Assembly (NCBI RefSeq): GCF_963921235.1
Contig: NC_086097.1
Coordinates: 204,602,001-204,666,000 of the forward strand
Direction: 5' to 3'
From: Mobula hypostoma
Lineage: Eukaryota
Length of the DNA stretch: 64,000 nucleotides
The translations under genes and the position numbers were made by a program. The notes beneath the pieces were generated by a model. The model saw only the letters and a list, made by a program, of their open reading frames with translations, was not told where the DNA came from and made no database searches. Positions 59,433-64,000 of this stretch are shown one piece after another (position 1 is the stretch's first letter; every line of letters starts with the position of its first letter).

Positions 59433-62400
59433 CTTCCCCCCCCCACCAAATTTAGTCATGTCCTCATGACGTTGAGGTAATTTGCCAACCCTTCCTGCAA
59501 AGCACAACGTCCAACCCAGGTGTAAAAGGCAGTGACATTGCTCCCCAAAACGGTAGAGGCCACACTCTGTTCCCCCAGTGCTACATAAGTAGCCCATCCG
59601 GTGGTCTCCTAATTCTCTGAGACCTCTGTTCCCCTTCCTCTAACTCTTCAGGTTCCGACACTACTGGGGATACTTCTGGTCTACCTGATGCGGCTTCCCC
59701 CGGTCTCTCCGTCATGCCCACCGGCGACTAGGACCCCTCTGTCCTCTGGCCAAGCCCTGCTTCATCCCTTGCAGGGCCCCATTGCAACGCAGCCTGTCAA
59801 CAGATAGCCCCCTCAATTTCACCTGACCCAGCGGAAGAAGGGCTGGGAGTCTCTTCCTCAGTCAGTGGGGAGTTAGCAAAAGGCAGCATATACCACACAT
59901 CCAGGTCCTCATCCTCCAAATCAGTATCCCTTACAGGGGTGGGAGCCGGCTTAACCTCTCCTGCTCTCGGCCCCATCGTCACTCCGCCTTTCCGCAGAGT
60001 CCTCTTAATAGGTGTAGGCTCCAAGTCGGGCTCTGTGTCTACCTGCACCACTTGTCCCAGGGGCAGCAGGTGGTTCCCATGAAGAACCTTGACAGGCCCA
60101 TTCCCATCCTCTGGTTTCACCCAGAAAACTAGTAGGTTTGGCATCTGATTCTTCACCACATAGGACGTAGCTGCCCAACTAATGCTTCCCAGGTAGCCCC
60201 CAAGTTCCTTATGAGGACTCGGTCTCCCAGCAGGAGTTGGGAGAACCTCATCTTTTGATCATACCTCCTCTTATTTCCTTGATTCTGGTTGGCAGCCGCG
60301 ACCCCAGCTAATTTAGAAGCCCCCTTCAGCTCCCTTCTCATATCAGACACATACTTCAGATAAGTCTTCGGTGGTAAGTTGCCCTCATCAGTCCCAAAAC
60401 AAAGGTCAATGGGCAACCTCATCTCGCGCCTAAACATCAGATAATATGGTGAGTACCCGGTAGCCTCATTTCGTGTACAGTTGTAACTGTGAACCAGATG
60501 CCTGATATGTTGGCTCCACCTGCTCTTCTTGCTGACCTCCAGGGTCCCAAGCATGTCTAACAAGGTCTGATTAAACCTCTCAGGCTGGGGATCACCCTGT
60601 GGATGATAGGGAGTGGTCTTCGACTTCTCGACTCCAAGCATGCCCAGTAACTCATGGATGAGTCTGCTTTCGAAATCCCATCGTTGATCATTATGTACCC
60701 GCCTGGGAAGGCCATAATAAATGAAATACTTCTCCCATAACACTTTGGCCACAATAGACGCCCTCTGGTCCTTGGTAGGAAAAGCCTGAGCATATCTGGT
60801 GTAGTGGTCCATCCTGACTAAGACATTCGCCGTGTTGCTGGCATTAGATTCTATTGACAGGAAATCCATACACACCAGATCCAGAGGCCCCGCACTCTGC
60901 AAGTGGGACAAGGGAGCTGTCCGCATAGGCAGTGTCTTCCGCCATATGCATCGAATCCACGACTTGCAGTATTCTTCGACCTCTGACTTCATTCAGGGCC
61001 AGTAAAACCAGTCTCTGAGTGATCCATAGGCCTTTTCAACCCCCAAATGTCCAGAATCATTATGAAGTGACTTCAACACAATCCTCCAATACTTCTCTAG
61101 CAGAACCAGCTGACAATGCTGAGGTCGGTCCGGGGGTGACGTGATCCGGTGTAGGATCTGGTTCCACAACACCAACCAAGGCCATTCTCTCAGTAATGGA
61201 GGCATCACTGTGTGTTGTGTCTTTTCTACCTGAGCCATGTCTCCCTTTTCAACCGCTGACCAAATGGTACCGATGTCCAGGTCATCTCGCTGAGCAGCTG
61301 CCACTTTCCCAGAACTCAATTCCGGCAGCTGATTTGTTTTCAGAGCCGTCAGGTTTCAGTAAACTTGTGGAATGGCGTAATCAGAAGCTCCAAATTGATC
61401 CACTGCTCGATCCTGCCCCTTCCTCCCCTCCGCCTTCACGGTGATGGCAAACTGACACATGGCCTTCACCCCCGGGGCAGGAACGCTCTCCCACTCCTCG
61501 TCCCTGTCCAGTCCCTCATGTGCCCATCGGGACTAAGCATCAGCATCAATGTTCCTGCTTCCTGGCTGGTACTTCAGGCTGAAATCATAGGCAGACAACG
61601 CTGCCAACCATCAATAGCCCATGGCATCCAATTTTGCTGAGGTAAGGATATAAGTTAGGGGGTTGTTGTCCATCCTCACCTCAAACTTGACACCATAGAA
61701 GTAGTCACTCAGCTTATCCACCACCACCCATTTCAACGCCAGGAATTCCAACTTGTGCGTGGAATAGTTTTTCACGGAGGGTGACAGACTTCGGCTGACA
61801 AACGCAACGGGTCTCAACCCGGCGCCCTGATCCTGATACAGGATGTGCCCTAAGCCTTCTTGGCTGGCATCTGTGTGCAGTACACACGGCCATCGGGGTC
61901 TGAAAAAGCCAGCACCGGTGCTTGGGTCAGCAGCTCCTTCAGTGACTGAAAGGCTTCCTCACATTTTGCATCCCACCTCGGTCCAAAGGGCTCCGATGAG
62001 CTAAGATACTCTCCACCCTCCTGTCCTTTTATCCCCCTCCCTTTCTTCCCCGGGGGGGTGTAACTGCACAGAAGCTGATTCAATGGGTGACTCACTTTCA
62101 CGTAGCCCTTCACGAACCTCCAGTAGTAACCACAGAACTCGAGGAACGAGCGCAGAGTGTTCACAGTCTGGTGTCTTGGGCAGGTGGTAACCGCCTCTAC
62201 CTTAGCTAGATCTGTAACTACTCCAAACCTTGAGACTACATGCCCAACATAGCTAACAGACATTTGGCAGAAATGGCACTTATCCAGGGAAAGTTTTAAC
62301 CCTTCAGCTTTCAGGCAGCCCAGCACCTTCAGCAGCCTCACTTCATGTTCTTCCAAGGTGGATTCAAACACTAAGAGGTCATCCAGATACACCAATACCT

Positions 62401-64000
62401 CACGCAAGTTCATATCCCCCACTGTTTTGTCCATGACCCGCTGGAAGGTTGCAGAGGCTCCCGGTATGCCCTGGGGCATCCTTTCAAACTGGAAGAATCC
62501 CAGGGGACATATAAATGCCATCTTCTCTTCATCAGCCTCACTCATTGGGATCTGGTAATATCCACTCCTCAAGTCCAGCACACTGAACCACGTCGCACCA
62601 CTCAGACAGGCCAGTGTGTCTTCAATCCTCAGGATCGTATACAGGTCAGGGACGATGCACCTGTTGAGAGTCCTATAGTCAACACACATCCGTACCTTCC
62701 TGTTCTTCTTCTGGGCCACTACTATTGGGGAAGCATAGAGGCTTCGGGACTCAGTGATGACCCCAGCTTCTTTCAACTTACACAAATGTTGCCGCATGTC
62801 TTCCACGTCTGCAAGGGCCAGTCTCCGCGACCTCGCTCTAAATGGGGTGTCATCGGTCACCCAGATAGTGTGATGAGTGCTCTTGGAACAACGCACGTCA
62901 AACTCATCGGTGGAAAAGACACCTTCCAACTTCAGCATCTTCTCTTCTAACCTCCTTTTCCAACCCGCAGGAACCGGGCAGTCCCTGAAGTTGAGTGAAT
63001 CAGCAGTCGACATTCCCCCTTTTTCCAATAGTTTCTCACCAGCTTGTCTCACAGTGATATTTGACATTACCATCACCGGGAACAGGTGTGCCAGGGGTAT
63101 TCCCTGCTTGAAGGTGATCTCCCTCCTCGTAGAGTTCCTGACAATCACTGCCATCCTACTTGCCTGTACAACCGAGGGCTTTTGCAGTTTGGGGCTCACC
63201 AGTACCCCAGCAGGAAATCCCGACTCCCCCTTGTGGTCTTCTGGAGTGTCCACTAAGAGGGCCTCACCCTCAGGCACTCCAGGAAATTTGGAGATCTTTA
63301 TCACTCTCACTACTTCCCAGGGTCGTACCACCATTGGCTTCGAATGAGTGAACCACACAATCCCTCATCTAAATTCGGTATCCAGCTCAATGCAGCCATG
63401 CACTTCCTCAAAAACAACCCAAAACAACCCAGAACGCTCTCGCCAGCCTTCTCCTTGCAGGCCCCCATGAGCCTCCTCACAAGGGGGGCATTGATCCCCA
63501 CCAGAAATTGAAACGCTACCCTTCTCAACAGGGTCCAGACAAACCAGCACTAATGTAACGAGGACCTCAGACACTCCAACATCGGCCTCCGAGAACTCCA
63601 GCTTCACTGGCAAGTAACCATCGTATGGATAATCACTAGCACTAAGCCCCCAGATCTCCAGTGCCCTGAATGGTGTCAATGGTAAATGCTTCAGATACCA
63701 GTTGCAAAATGAACAGTATAACAAAGTGACCTGTGACCCAGTGTCGAGTATGGCTTTACATAAATACCCTCTATCCATAGCAACAGACTGGAGCATGGTC
63801 CCACCAAGCCTTTAGGAATTGGGCCGTTTGCTTTCGCAGGTTCCTTGGTATATTGCTGGGAACGTGTTCCCCCAAAGACACCAGGCCGTTCACTCACTGG
63901 GTCTCCCCTAAGATTTCCCAATGACTCTCTCTGCTTAGGTACCTGGGGGCTCACTCTCCTTCTGCCGTGACACCTGCTGCCAGAAGCCTTCCGCATTGTT
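59433..64000 (-). mobile_element. Gypsy/Ty3 LTR retrotransposon internal region (continues past the window end)
   Basis: Domain order PR-RT-RH-IN, followed by PPT and LTR. Confidence 0.95.
59797..63796 (-). pseudogene. Gypsy pol pseudogene (protease, RT, RNase H, integrase with C-terminal module)
   Basis: AILDTGSQVT; RMCVDYRTLN, LDLRSGYYQI, YLDDLL; VAFVSRSL..KLEFLALKW; HNDSGH..C..C; CMDF..HNDQ..PERFNQTL; several frameshifts and stops (e.g. WP*MK at 60993). Confidence 0.93.

Overview
Repeat-dominated vertebrate DNA, most likely from a cartilaginous fish (shark or ray). This is inferred from HE1-like V-SINEs and abundant CR1 LINEs of the elasmobranch type. I found no host protein-coding gene that I could support, so the window reads as intergenic or deep intronic. 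It is a nested mosaic of: CR1 LINEs (one with an open RT frame), Rex1/Babar-like LINEs, an I/Nimb-like 3' end, two Gypsy LTR retrotransposons and a solo LTR, Tc1, mariner, hAT and Harbinger DNA transposons, SINEs, and many Penelope-like elements (PLEs). The main signal is in the PLEs. Their termini carry minimal hammerhead ribozyme motifs (CUGANGA + extra A + stem II + GAAA, essentially no helix III). These occur in two families with unrelated sequence: a Neptune-like family (best motif at 10765-10802) and a Penelope/Poseidon-like element at 51794-52458 whose GIY-YIG frame is absent from the ORF track. They appear as TSD-flanked hairpin-plus-tail insertions, a precise twin-priming-like inversion, and a 132-bp ribozyme-to-tail mini-insertion. 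All family assignments come from motif recognition by eye, and the boundaries of degenerate elements are approximate.
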